From Octopus sinensis (taxonomy: Eukaryota): 52,992 bases of DNA. Below, piece after piece: positions 13,013 to 26,086 of this stretch. The notes below the pieces were generated by a model. The model worked only from the letters and a program-made list of their open reading frames with translations. It was not told the origin of the DNA and searched no databases. A program made the translations under genes and the position numbers. The stretch lies in the NCBI RefSeq assembly GCF_006345805.1, contig NW_021834296.1:1-52992 (forward strand), in the 5' to 3' direction. The stretch's first letter is position 1, and the number at the start of each line of letters is the position of its first letter.

Positions 13013-13091
13013 GTAAGTAAAGGACAAACAGCAGCTACAAGAACAATATACACACGTATATCTATAAGCAATTGGCTGGGAGATAATAATA

Positions 13092-13127
<36 letters not shown>

Positions 13128-13161
13128 CAACTACAACAGCAACAACAACAACAACAACAAC

Positions 13162-13214
<53 letters not shown>

Positions 13215-13763
13215 TAACAATAATAATAATAATGATAACAATTATAATAATAAATGCCCCACAGTGGCTTTCATGGTTTCTGATCTTAACTGATTCGAAG
13301 TTTTGGGCTGCAGCACATATTCTGCTCAGTACAACAGATTTGCTTGTCATTTGTTTGACCTTAACCAGTTTGAGCATGTCCCTTAGTGGCTGACGATTTG
13401 TGCATCTCTGATCATGAGCAGAAGTAGTGGGGGAGCATCATAGCCACGTGTTGAGAGGCATTCTTGGAGGTTTGGATAATTCACCTTTGGAAACATGGGT
13501 GGTTTGTTCAACATCCTTAAACAATTTATTTAGGGACGTTTTGAGCGGGATGGGCTACTCCAACTGAAGACATTTCCAACTGGGCCCCACCTGCAAGGTC
13601 ATGTGCTGTTTATCTTGAAATGAGATCATCATGTGGCACACATGTGGTTGTGAAACATGTGCCTAGTATACCCTTATCAAACGGGTAGTCATGATGGGTA
13701 TACTGGGCTTCGTATATTTTACCCTAGTGTCACTTTGATGACAAGTACTGTTCTCTCTCTCTC

Positions 13764-13818
<55 letters not shown>

Positions 13819-14540
13819 TTAATCCCTTTTACTGTAGGCAGAAGGCCTGAAATTTTAGCGGTGGGGGATAGTCGATCACATCGCTCCCCTCCCGCCACTG
13901 TTTCAGTGGTTTTTGTTACAATCCTCCCAGCGTACCACCTGAAGAATAACACCAACCAAAACATCAATATCAATAATGATGGTGGTGATGCTGCTGCTGA
14001 TGATGATGATAATTATGATGATGAAGATGATGGTGGTGATGGTTATGATGAGGATGATGATGATGATGAGATGATGATGATGATGATGATGATGATAATG
14101 ATGATGAAGATGATGGTGATGATGATGATGATGATGATAATGATGAAGATGATGATGATGGTTATGATGAGGATGATGATGATGATGATAATGGTGGTGA
14201 TGATGATGATGGTGGTGATGGTGGTGGTGATGATGATGATGACGACGATGATGATGATGGTAATGATGAGGATGTTGATGATGATGATGATAATGATGAT
14301 GAAGATGATGATGGTGGTGGTGGTGATGATGATGATGATGACGAAGACGATGATGATGGTTATGATGATGATGATTATGATGATTATGATGATGAAGATG
14401 ATGATGGTGGTGGTAGTGGTGATGATGATGATGATTATGATGATGACGACGATGATGATGATGATGGTTATGATGAGGATGGTGATGATGATGATACATA
14501 AGTGTTACATCCATGCAATGAATTTGTTTTACTTTTCCAG

Positions 14541-14660
14541 ACAGAAACGAGTGCAGATGGAAGTATGTGTGCGGAAGATACGGGAGATGCATCAACACCC
14601 CAGGATCCTACAGATGTTTCTGTCGTCGAGGTTTCCGTTTCAATGGGAGAACATGCGTTG
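14541..14660 (+). CDS. Calcium-binding EGF exon, type B (copy 1)
   Basis: ttccag| [39 protein letters not shown] |gtaagt; NEC and CxNTxGSY consensus. Confidence 0.9.
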
Positions 14661-14989
14661 GTAAGTGAAGCAGAATAGACAACAACAACAACAACACACG
14701 TTTATGTATAAGTAATAATCTTTTCTACTCTAGACAGAAGGCCTGGAATTTTGGTGTGTGGTAAGTCGATTACGTCGACCCCACTACTCACCTGGTACTC
14801 AATTTATCGACCCCAAAACGATGGAAGGCAAAGTCGACCTCTGTGAAATTTGAACTCAGAACGTAGCGACATACGAAATACCGCAAAGATTTCGCCCCGC
14901 ACGCTAACGACTCTGCCAGCTCGAGACCTTAATAAAAATAATAATAATAATAATAATAATAATATAATAATAATAATAATAATAATAAC

Positions 14990-16140
14990 TGAGACATGGC
15001 TACGGTTGCATAAAGGAAGTTTAAAATGGGAGAAATTTTTTAGTAGCAGCACGGGATCAAGTTTTAAGGACTAATTGGATAAACACCAAGATATACAAAA
15101 ACCAATTAGATTCCAAATGTAGCCTATGCAAATCAAAGGAAGAAGGCATTTCTCATATAGTAATTGAATATAGCATGACGTCACAGAAAGAATTCAAGAA
15201 AATATATGACATCTTCGGTAGAGTAATCCACTGGGATTTGTGTGGACATCTAGGATTTTTAACATGCTGACAAATGGTATGAACACGAACCTGGAAAAGT
15301 ATTAGAAAGTAAGAAATATAAGATGTTGTGGGAGTTCGTCATTCAGACTGACAGTAATAGAAGCTAGAAGGCCTGATTTGGTAGCAGAAGATAAAGAGAA
15401 TAGAAAGTGCCAGATAACCGACTTTACGGTCCCAAATGATGAAAACATTAATATGGGAAGTATAGAAAAAAAATGAGGCCCAATGGCCCACTGGTTAGGG
15501 CAGCGGACTCGCGGTCATAGGATCGCGGTTTCGATTCCCAGACCGGGCGTTGTGAGTGTTTATTGAGCGAAAACACCTAAAAAGCTCCACGATGCTCTGG
15601 CAGGGGATGGTGGTGATCCCTGCTGTGCTCTTTCACCACAACTTTCTCTCACTCTTACTTCCTGTTTCTGTTGTACCTGTATTTCAAGGGGCCGGCCTTG
15701 TCACTCTCAGTGTCACACTGAATTTCCCCGAGAACTACGTTAAGGGTGCACGTGTCAGTGGAGTGCTCAGCCACTTACACGTTAATTTCACGAGCAGGCT
15801 GTTCCATTGATTCGGATCAACCGGAACCATCATCGTCGTAACCAACGGAGTGCTTCCATCCATAGAAAAAATAGCAGAGTACCAGGACGTAGCCATTGAA
15901 TTACCGAAACTATGGAAAGTGCGGGTAAAATGCGTCCCAGTAGTTATAGGAGCATTGGAAACTATCCCTAAAGGTCTGAACAGATGGAGAGAGGACATAG
16001 GCAGAAAACCCAGTTTCGTACAGCTCCAGAAAACAGTGTTATTATGGACAGCTAAGAAGCTTAGGAGGGATCTTGGCATCTAAGGTTACTTGCTGCAACC
16101 CAATAGGTGGGTTCTTGATATTTAAGGCGGCTTGTAGACC
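14990..16140 (+). mobile_element. 3' fragment of an R4/Dong-like non-LTR element (restriction-like endonuclease); duplicate at about 19185-20340
   Basis: HWDLC, WYEHEP, RRPDLV, VPVVIGAL and LQKTVLL motifs; frameshifted; interrupted by a SINE. Confidence 0.75.
15475..15861 (+). mobile_element. Full-length tRNA-derived SINE with target-site duplication; duplicate at 19672-20057
   Basis: A and B boxes; flanked on both sides by atagaaaaaa, splitting the host coding sequence at IEK. Confidence 0.85.
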
Positions 16141-16203
16141 CCTGTTTGGGTCTTTTCTTTTCTAACAGTCTGGCTGGTTGTGTGTATATGAATAATAATA
16201 ATA

Positions 16204-16260
<57 letters not shown>

Positions 16261-16381
16261 TAATAATGATGGTGATGATGATGATGATTGATGATGATGA
16301 TGATAATAATAATAATAATGATGATGATGATGATGTGTGATGATGATGATGATGATGAGATGATGATGATGATGATGATGT

Positions 16382-16433
<52 letters not shown>

Positions 16434-16717
16434 AATGATGATTTCCAAATTGCCACAGAGGGCAAGTAATTCTGGGTCGGGGATAAGTCGATTACATCGA
16501 CCCCAGTGAACATCTGTTACTTATTCAATCGACCCGGAAGCGATGAAAGGCAAAGTTGACGTCTGTGGTGTTTGAACTTAGAAAGAACAGACGCTGTCGA
16601 AATGACACCCGGTGTGGTAACTATCTGTCATTATGATGATGATCATGATGATGATGATGATGATGAAAGAATTCTGATTGTTATATATAATTGTGTTATT
16701 TCTGTTCTGCTTTCCAG

Positions 16718-16837
16718 CCGTCGGAGGACCGTGCAGATGGAATCGGTGCGGGAGAAATGGTAGATGCGTCAAGAGAGGAACCTCTTTCACTTGTTACTGC
16801 AGACGGGGCTATTATTTCAATAGAAGAACATGTGTTG
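16718..16837 (+). CDS. EGF-like exon, type A (copy 2)
   Basis: AVGGPCRWNRCGRNGRCVKRGTSFTCYCRRGYYFNRRTCV; canonical splice sites, 120 nt. Confidence 0.88.
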
Positions 16838-16907
16838 GTAAGTAAAGGACAAACAGCAGCTACAAGAACAATATACACACGTATATCTATAAGCAATTGG
16901 CTGGGAG

Positions 16908-16999
<92 letters not shown>

Positions 17000-17304
17000 A
17001 AGAAGAAAAAAGATAATAATAATTAATTCGCTTATTCGCCACAAGGGCTAACAAAAATCAATTATACCATAAAGGGACAAAACACAGGACTAAAGTTACA
17101 AAGTGTTTTTCCGTTTGAAAAATCCGTGTAAAAATCAGTGTAACAACGAACATATTTAATGTCACAAACTTTTGGGGGAATCGGTCTAGTCGATTACATC
17201 GACCCCAGAGTATAACTGGTGCTTATTACATTGACCCAACCCCAAATAATGCATCTGTTTTATATACATGCAATTAAGTGCAATAAATTTGTTTTCATTT
17301 GCAG

Positions 17305-17424
17305 ATGTAAACGAGTGTAGAAGGAGTTTTCGATGCGGTAGATACGGGAAATGCGTCAACACAATAGGGTCCTACAAATGTTTGTGTAAACCAGGGTTCC
17401 GTTTCAATGGGAGAACATGTGTTC
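17305..17424 (+). CDS. Calcium-binding EGF exon, type C (copy 1)
   Basis: ttgcag| [40 protein letters not shown]; weak donor gtagat, read-through gives RR-stop at 17432. Confidence 0.82.
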
Positions 17425-17798
17425 GTAGATAAAGCACACAACAACAACAAAACGTGTAAGTATAAGTAATTGGGTTGAATTCTTCGGGGTTTGGATAATT
17501 CACCTTTGGAATCGTGGGTGTTTCGTTCAACATCCTTAAACAACCCTTATTCAGGAAATTTTTTAAAGGGATAGGCTACTCGACCAAAAGAAAATTCTAA
17601 CTGGGCCCTCCCCTCCCCAGAAAGGTCAGGTGCTATTTATCTTCATATGAGGTCACCATGTCGCGCACATATGGTTGTGATGCATATGCCTGGTCTACCC
17701 TTATCAGACGGGTATTCATGATGGGTATACTTGGCTTCTTATATTTTACCCCAGTGTCACTTTGATGGCATGCACTGCTCTCTAACTCAATAATAATA

Positions 17799-17851
<53 letters not shown>

Positions 17852-18736
17852 TTAATCCCTTTTACTATAGGCAGAAGGCCTGAAATTTTAGCGGTGGGGG
17901 TTAGTCGATCACATCGCTCCCCTCCCGCCACTGTTTCAGTGGTTTTTGTTTACAATCCTCCCAGCGTACCACCTGAAGAATAACACCAACCAAAACATCA
18001 ATATCAATAATGATGGTGGTGATGGTGGGGGTGATGCTGCTGCTGATGATGATGATAATTATGATGATGAAGATGATGGTGGTGATGGTTATGATGAGGA
18101 TGATGATGATGATGATGATGATGATGGTGGTGATGATGATGGTGGTGATGGTGGTGGTGATGATGATGATGACGACGATGATGATGATGGTTATGATGAG
18201 GATGGTTATGATGAGGATGGTTATGATGAGGATGGTGAAGATGATGAAGATGATGATGATGGTGGTGGTGGTGATGATGATGATGATGATGATATGATGA
18301 TGAAGATGATGGTGATGATGATGATAATGACGACGATGATGATGATGGTTATGATGAGGATGGTGATGATGATGATGATGATGATGGTGGTGATGATGAT
18401 GGTGGTGGTGATGATGATGGTGATGATGATGATGACGACGATGATGATGATGGTAATGATGAGGATGTTGATGATGATGATGATAATGATGATGAAGATG
18501 ATGATGGTGGTGGTGGTGATGATGATGATGATGACGAAGACGATGATGATGGTTATGATGATGATGATGATGATGATGATTATGATGATGAAGATGATGA
18601 TGGTGGTGGTAGTGGTGATGATGATGATGATGATTATGATGATGACGACGATGATGATGATGGTTATGATGAGGATGATGATGATGATGATACATAAGTG
18701 TTACATCCATGCAATGAATTTGTTTTACTTTTCCAG

Positions 18737-18856
18737 ACAGAAACGAGTGCAGACGGAAGTATGTGTGCGGAAGATACGGGAGATGCATCAACACCCCAGG
18801 ATCCTACAGATGTTTCTGTCGTCGAGGTTTCCGTTTCAATGGGAGAACATGCGTTG
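18737..18856 (+). CDS. Calcium-binding EGF exon, type B (copy 2)
   Basis: [39 protein letters not shown]; one W>R change from copy 1. Confidence 0.82.
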
Positions 18857-19124
18857 GTAAGTGAAGCAGAATAGACAACAACAACAACAACACACGTTTA
18901 TGTATAAGTAATAATCTTTTCTACTCTAGACAGAAGGCCTGGAATTTTGGTGTGTGGTAAGTCGATTACATCGACCCCACTACTCACCTGGTACTCAATT
19001 TATCGACCCCAAAACGATGGAAGGCAAAGTCGACCTCTGTGAAATTTGAACTCAGAACGTAGCGACATACGAAATACCGCAAAGATTTCGCCCCGCACGC
19101 TAACGACTCTGCCAGCTCGACACC

Positions 19125-19186
<62 letters not shown>

Positions 19187-20403
19187 TGAGACATGGCTAC
19201 GGTTGCATAAAGGAAGTTTGAAATGGGAGAAATTTTTTAGTAGCAGCACGGGATCAAGTTTTAAGGACTAATTGGATAAACACCAAGATAGACAAAAACC
19301 AATTAGATTCCAAATGTAGCCTATGCAAATCAAAGGAAGAAGGCATTTCTCATATAGTAATTGAATATAGCATGACGTCACAGAAAGAATTCAAGAAAAT
19401 ATATGACATCTTCGGTAGAGTAATCCACTGGGATTTGTGTGGACATCTAGGATTTTTAACATGCTGACAAATGGTATGAACACGAACCTGGAAAAGTATT
19501 AGAAAGTAAGAAATATAAGATGTTGTGGGAGTTCGTCATTCAGACTGACAGTAATAGAAGCTAGAAGGCCTGATTTGGTAGCAGAAGATAAAGAGAATAG
19601 AAAGTGCCAGATAACCGACTTTACGGTCCCAAATGATGAAAACATTAATATGGGAAGTATAGAAAAAAAATGAGGCCCAATGGCCCACTGGTTAGGGCAG
19701 CGGACTCGCGGTCATAGGATCGCGGTTTCGATTCCAGACCGGGCGTTGTGAGTGTTTATTGAGCGAAAACACCTAAAAAGCTCCACGATGCTCTGGCAGG
19801 GGATGGTGGTGATCCCTGCTGTGCTCTTTCACCACAACTTTCTCTCACTCTTACTTCCTGTTTCTGTTGTACCTGTATTTCAAGGGGCCGGCCTTGTCAC
19901 TCTCAGTGTCACACTGAATTTCCCCGAGAACTACGTTAAGGGTGCACGTGTCAGTGGAGTGCTCAGCCACTTACACGTTAATTTCACGAGCAGGCTGTTC
20001 CATTGATTCGGATCAACCGGAACCATCATCGTCGTAACCAACGGAGTGCTTCCATCCATAGAAAAAATAGCAGAGTACCAGGACGTAGCCATTGAATTAC
20101 CGAAACTATGGAAAGTGCGGGTAAAATGCGTCCCAGTAGTTATAGGAGCATTGGAAACTATCCCTAAAGGTCTGAACAGATGGAGAGAGGACATAGGCAG
20201 AAAACCCAGTTTCGTACAGCTCCAGAAAACAGTGTTATTATGGACAGCTAAGAAGCTTAGGAGGGATCTTGGCATCTAAGGTTACTTGCTGCAACCCAAT
20301 AGGTGGGTTCTTGATATTTAAGGCGGCTTGTAGACCCCTGTTGGGTCTTTTCTTTTCTAACAGTCTGGCTGGTTGTGTGTATATGAATAATAATAATAAT
20401 AAT

Positions 20404-20463
<60 letters not shown>

Positions 20464-20569
20464 TAATAATGATGGTGATGATGATGATGATGATGTTGGT
20501 GTTGATGATCATAATGATGATAATGATGATGATGATGATGTGTGATGATGATGATGATGATGATGATGT

Positions 20570-20633
<64 letters not shown>

Positions 20634-20917
20634 AATGATGATTTCCAAATTGCCACAGAGGGCAAGTAATTCTGGGTCGGGGATAAGTCGATTACATCGA
20701 CCCCAGTGAACATCTGTTACTTATTCAATCGACCCGGAAGCGATGAAAGGCAAAGTTGACGTCTGTGGTGTTTGAACTTAGAAAGAACAGACGCTGTCGA
20801 AATGACACCCGGTGTGGTAACTATCTGTCATTATGATGATGATCATGATGATGATGATGATGATGAAAGAATTCTGATTGTTATATATAATTGTGTTATT
20901 TCTGTTCTGCTTTCCAG

Positions 20918-21037
20918 CCGTCGGAGGAGCGTGCAGATGGAATCGGTGCGGGAGAAATGGTAGATGCGTCAAGAGAGGAACCTCTTTCACTTGTTACTGC
21001 AGACGGGGCTATTATTTCAATAGAAGAACATGTGTTG
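20918..21037 (+). CDS. EGF-like exon, type A (copy 3)
   Basis: AVGGACRWNRCGRNGRCVKRGTSFTCYCRRGYYFNRRTCV; canonical splice sites. Confidence 0.82.
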
Positions 21038-21107
21038 GTAAGTAAAGGACAAACAGCAGCTACAAGAACAATATACACACGTATATCTATAAGCAATTGG
21101 CTGGGAG

Positions 21108-21145
<38 letters not shown>

Positions 21146-21154
21146 TAATAATAA

Positions 21155-21185
<31 letters not shown>

Positions 21186-21472
21186 AAGAAGAAGAAGAAG
21201 AAGAAAAAAGATAATAATAATTAATTCGCTTATTCGCCACAAGGGCTAACAAAAATCAATTATACCATAAAGGGACAAAACACAGGACTAAAGTTACAAA
21301 GTGTTTTTCCGTTTGAAAAATCCGTGTAAAAATCAGTGTAACAACGAATCGGTCTAGTCGATTACATCGACCCCAGAGTATAACTGGTGCTTATTACATT
21401 GACCCAACCCCAAATAATGCATCTGTTTTATATACATGCAATTAAGTGCAATAAATTTGTTTTCATTTGCAG

Positions 21473-21592
21473 ATGTAAACGAGTGCAGAAGGAGTTTTCG
21501 ATGCGGTAGATACGGGAAATGCGTCAACACAATAGGGTCCTACAAATGTTTGTGTAAACCAGGGTTCCGTTTCAATGGGAGAACATGTGTTC
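21473..21592 (+). CDS. Calcium-binding EGF exon, type C (copy 2)
   Basis: Same peptide as copy 1; weak donor gtagat; read-through stop at 21600. Confidence 0.8.
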
Positions 21593-21995
21593 GTAGATAA
21601 AGCACACAACAACAACAAAACGTGTAAGTATAAGTAATTGGCTTGAATTCTTCGGGGTTTGGATAATTCACCTTTGGAATCGTGGGTGTTTCGTTCAACA
21701 TCCTTAAACAACCCTTATTCAGGAAATTTTTTAAAGGGATAGGCTACTCGACCAAAAGAAAATTCTAACTGGGCCCTCCCCTCCCCAGAAAGGTCAGGTG
21801 CTATTTATCTTCATATGAGGTCACCATGTCGCGCACATATGGTTGTGATGCATATGCCTGGTCTACCCTTATCAGACGGGTATTCATGATGGGTATACTT
21901 GGCTTCTTATATTTTACCCCAGTGTCACTTTGATGGCATGCACTGCTCTCTAACTCAATAATAATAATAATAATAATATAATAATAATAATAATG

Positions 21996-22049
<54 letters not shown>

Positions 22050-22064
22050 TAATAATAATAATAG

Positions 22065-22146
<82 letters not shown>

Positions 22147-22511
22147 GTAATAAGCCATTCTACTATGGGAACAAGGCTTGAACTTTGTGGAGGAGGTGGT
22201 GAAGTGGATTACATAGACCCCAGTCTAGAACTAGTTCTTAATTCATCGATCCCGAAGGACGAAAGGCAAAGTTGATCTCGGCGGGATTTTAACCCAAAAC
22301 ATTAATACGGTCGACTTGCCTCCAAGCATTTTGTCCGGCGTGTTAACGATTCGTCCGTCCTTGACTGGTACTTATTTTATCGACCGCGGAGGGATGAAAG
22401 GAAAAGTCGACCTCGGTGGAATTTGGAATCAGAACGTTAAATGAACGGGCAAAATGTCGCCAAGCATTTTACCCAGCGTGTTAATGACTCTGCCATCTCA
22501 CCGCCTTCACC

Positions 22512-22548
<37 letters not shown>

Positions 22549-22575
22549 TGATGGTTCTAAGTTTTGACGTTTCAG

Positions 22576-22706
22576 TATATCTACTAAAATTTTCTTCTCA
22601 AGTAATATGCAGGAGAGATATCATCACCACTGCTTTGGCAAGATATGTATGGATCCTGAAAGAACCCACCGCACAATATTACATTAAGTGGAGTCTGTCA
22701 GAGTAG
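22576..22706 (+). CDS. Possible terminal coding exon of the EMI/EGF gene
   Basis: tttcag| open in phase 1 (YLLKFSSQVICRRDIITTALARYVWILKEPTAQYYIKWSLSE*); AATAAA near 22838 and 23205; no recognisable domain. Confidence 0.3.
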
Positions 22707-23362
22707 AACAGACTTAGCTGAACATCAGAAGGATCTGAAAATTCTGTTTACCAGGGAAAGGAAACAGTAACATATCCCGCCACCCCTGAACTATTCAAAT
22801 GAGCGTTTCTTATCTTGACCTCCTGAACGCAAGATTATAATAAACCCTTTTGTGGGATGCTCCATTAGTATAGCGTTCGCTTCTTACATTTTTGTATATT
22901 GTTACATATTTTTTAAATTTTTGCTTATATTTATTTATTTGTGTCTTATTTTCAGGTATCGGCTAATTTTAACGAATTTTAAAATATTCCCAGCAGGAAA
23001 TATCTGTCGGTCACATTCCTAGCAAGACATCTCCCGCCTGATTTATCTCCGTATGACCTACATCGCCAGTTATTACCAGGTTATCTTCGATGAAGTTTAC
23101 AGAGAAGACTATCCCCTCATCCAAATATCTCAATTATATCTTAGTACTATATTAACGTAATTTAGCTTTCTCTGATCATTATATTAATTGAATATATTAA
23201 TTAATAAATAAAAGGTTATTTTAATCAAAAAATCGTTTGGCTCTCTGACTTTTATTGAGTAACATTTCGGCGTTTGTTCTACTTTAATTTCAAACACACA
23301 CACACACACACACAAACATATATATATGTCTGTGTGTTTGTGTGTGTGCGTGTGCGCGCCCG

Positions 23363-23396
<34 letters not shown>

Positions 23397-23497
23397 CGTG
23401 ACTGTCTTTTTATGTGCTTGAATGTGTTTATATAGATAGATATATACAATGATGTGTACACACAGACAGAAATATTTCAGTTCCGATATGCAAATTC

Positions 23498-23584
<87 letters not shown>

Positions 23585-24297
23585 CAACCAAATTGTTTTG
23601 CTATTAGTGCCTTATTTTTAGTGTAACCACCTTTGAAAGACATCGACTTACCTTTAGAATGAAAAAAGGGGTTTAAATAACGGTTATCTCCCTTCCTCTG
23701 TTTGGTGTTGGTGTATAAATTAAAACTGATATCGTTTATATCCTTACAGCTAGATTTCATGTCTCCCTTACTAAAGGTAGAATAAGATTGAATGCAATCA
23801 ATGTAGATAACTTTATCTGTATAAACTGCTTTAAGTAAGGCAGGGGTACAAAATTGAGCCTTGTCGTTAAAAGTGCCTACATTCGCAGAGAACTTAGAAA
23901 ATCTAAATGAAATATTCTTAACTAAGTTCTTAGTGATCGCCCTAGAATGATTATTTAATTGGCTAATATACTTAAGGTTGGTCGATGGCTTGTGGTATGG
24001 GACGTAAGAATTATTGTGTAAGTTAAGTTGGCTTTCGTTACATCATCCTAAAGACAATGCCTAAACCCATTCTACGGAAAAAAAAACTTAACTGAAGTAT
24101 TCTTAACATTTTGTACTTTTTGGTCAGAAACATTTTTGAGGTAAAGTAAACAATCAACAAGATATAGACCTCTGTTGATGTTTGGGAACTGGTCTGCCAT
24201 TTCAGAAAGTATATATATTCAGACCAAATCAGCTACTTGTGCTGAAGCAGATCTTCCCATCGTGATATCAAAACCATCGGGTGTGTCTTTATGGACC

Positions 24298-24353
<56 letters not shown>

Positions 24354-24372
24354 CACGCGCATACGTTCATGA

Positions 24373-24418
<46 letters not shown>

Positions 24419-24796
24419 TTTATATATATATATCTCAGAGGCGATTCAGTGTCACACGGGCTCATCACAGATTTCGTACAAGACACATTTCTACTCGAAG
24501 AATTTCACGTTTTCCCGCTTTATTTCTAGCCCCAAATGGCTTATTTTTTCACATCTAACGCTATGACTTTCTCCGTTTCTAAGTTAAGGATTACAAGAAA
24601 GCAACCCTGCAAAACACAACTGATTTTTGCGCACAAATGCACAGAATAACAGCAATCAAATTACGACAGCAGAGTGCACAAGCAAACACCAGCGATCTGA
24701 CTGTCGCTTGTAATCTTGACAAGAGATGCCAGTTTCTCTTTTACACCTTCCAGGCTCGTTCCTATTAGCCCGAGTTGCTGGATAAATTTTCGTTCC

Positions 24797-25211
24797 GGGT
24801 CTTTTCTGTTTGAACGGCAGTTTTTTAAAATAATTTCCACGTAACTAAACACTTTTAAACTTCGTATACTGATAGAATGTGTTTATCAAACATCTTTTTC
24901 TCTTGGCTTTATTGAGAAAATTCTATAGTATGTAAGATATTTGTTGTTGTTTTTTTCTTCAATTTCTGCAATTTCAACCAATCAGTGACCTCTATTGAGG
25001 TAAAAAAACATTCTGTGCCGTATGAATATGTCCCTCGTTTAAGAAACAGATTGGGTTTATTTACATTTCTGAAGAAAAACAGATACCCTTCCCTCACCCC
25101 TAACCCTAAAACAGATTGAAATGCAATAGATCGATACTAGGGTCATAACTATGGGTGACAATTTCATATGCCATCGCTAGAAAAAAACTGCCGTTCAAAC
25201 CGAAAAGATCC
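24797..25211. mobile_element. MITE with ~30-bp TIRs and 8-bp TSD (Merlin- or hAT-like)
   Basis: gggtcttttctgtttgaacggcagtttttt ... aaaaaactgccgttcaaaccgaaaagatcc; TSD ttcgttcc at 24789-24796 and 25212-25219. Confidence 0.88.
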
Positions 25212-25606
25212 TTCGTTCCTTTAAGAATATTACAGAACGGAAACTTTTCATGGATTTTAATTTAAATATTAATCTCTCTAAAAATTTATAGTTTCAAGAA
25301 AACATTGCATTTGAATTAATTTTAATTTTTACGATTATTGATAAGAACTCGGGATGTAACTTCTGAGACCGAGTCAGGCGCGTGTGAACGATGTCGAGAG
25401 AACGTCTGCTACGAATGATATTTTGACACAGACGGTGAACGAAAATAAACCAACAGCGACCAGGCTCAATAAAAGGAGCACGAGTTATTGGCTGCAATTA
25501 CATACTTGAAGTCAGTGTTGGCAGAAATGAAATCAGCTTATAAATACACGTCCACCTTATTACATTTATATTCGGGCTAAGCTCGAACAGCCCGAGTGCC
25601 GGAGTC

Positions 25607-25648
<42 letters not shown>

Positions 25649-25862
25649 CAATATAAGCAACGAGAATATCCAAAGGTAGTGTAGTTTACTCGTTTCATGC
25701 TACTTCATTTAATTAAACAATGTAAATATTACGTCAGTTTTAAAATGTAGAGCACGCTTCAGCCACATATGGACATTTTAAATTAAATCGACAATATTCA
25801 TTTTTATACTTATTCCATTTTCCAACATTACAAAGAGGGTAGATATATAGACAGAGAGATGA

Positions 25863-25956
<94 letters not shown>

Positions 25957-25988
25957 ATCTATCTATCTATCTTTCTATATACCTATAT

Positions 25989-26075
<87 letters not shown>

Positions 26076-26086
26076 ATATATATAAT

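Larger units (their letters stand above)
13770..21960 (+). repeat. Tandem duplication, two ~4.2-kb units, each carrying EGF exons B, A and C
   Basis: Exon offsets of 4196, 4200 and 4168 bp; introns and nested repeats are near identical. Confidence 0.92.

Noticed and set aside
15475-15550. tRNA gene
   Set aside because: tRNA-like head of a SINE, continuing into the SINE body with a TSD.
13657-18860. Long poly-Met, poly-His and poly-Ile ORFs
   Set aside because: (GAT)n and (AAT)n tracts; they cross the real EGF exons in the wrong frame.
24175-24290. Possible FN3-like exon (GNWS...IQT)
   Set aside because: No convincing acceptor or partner exons; similarity too weak.
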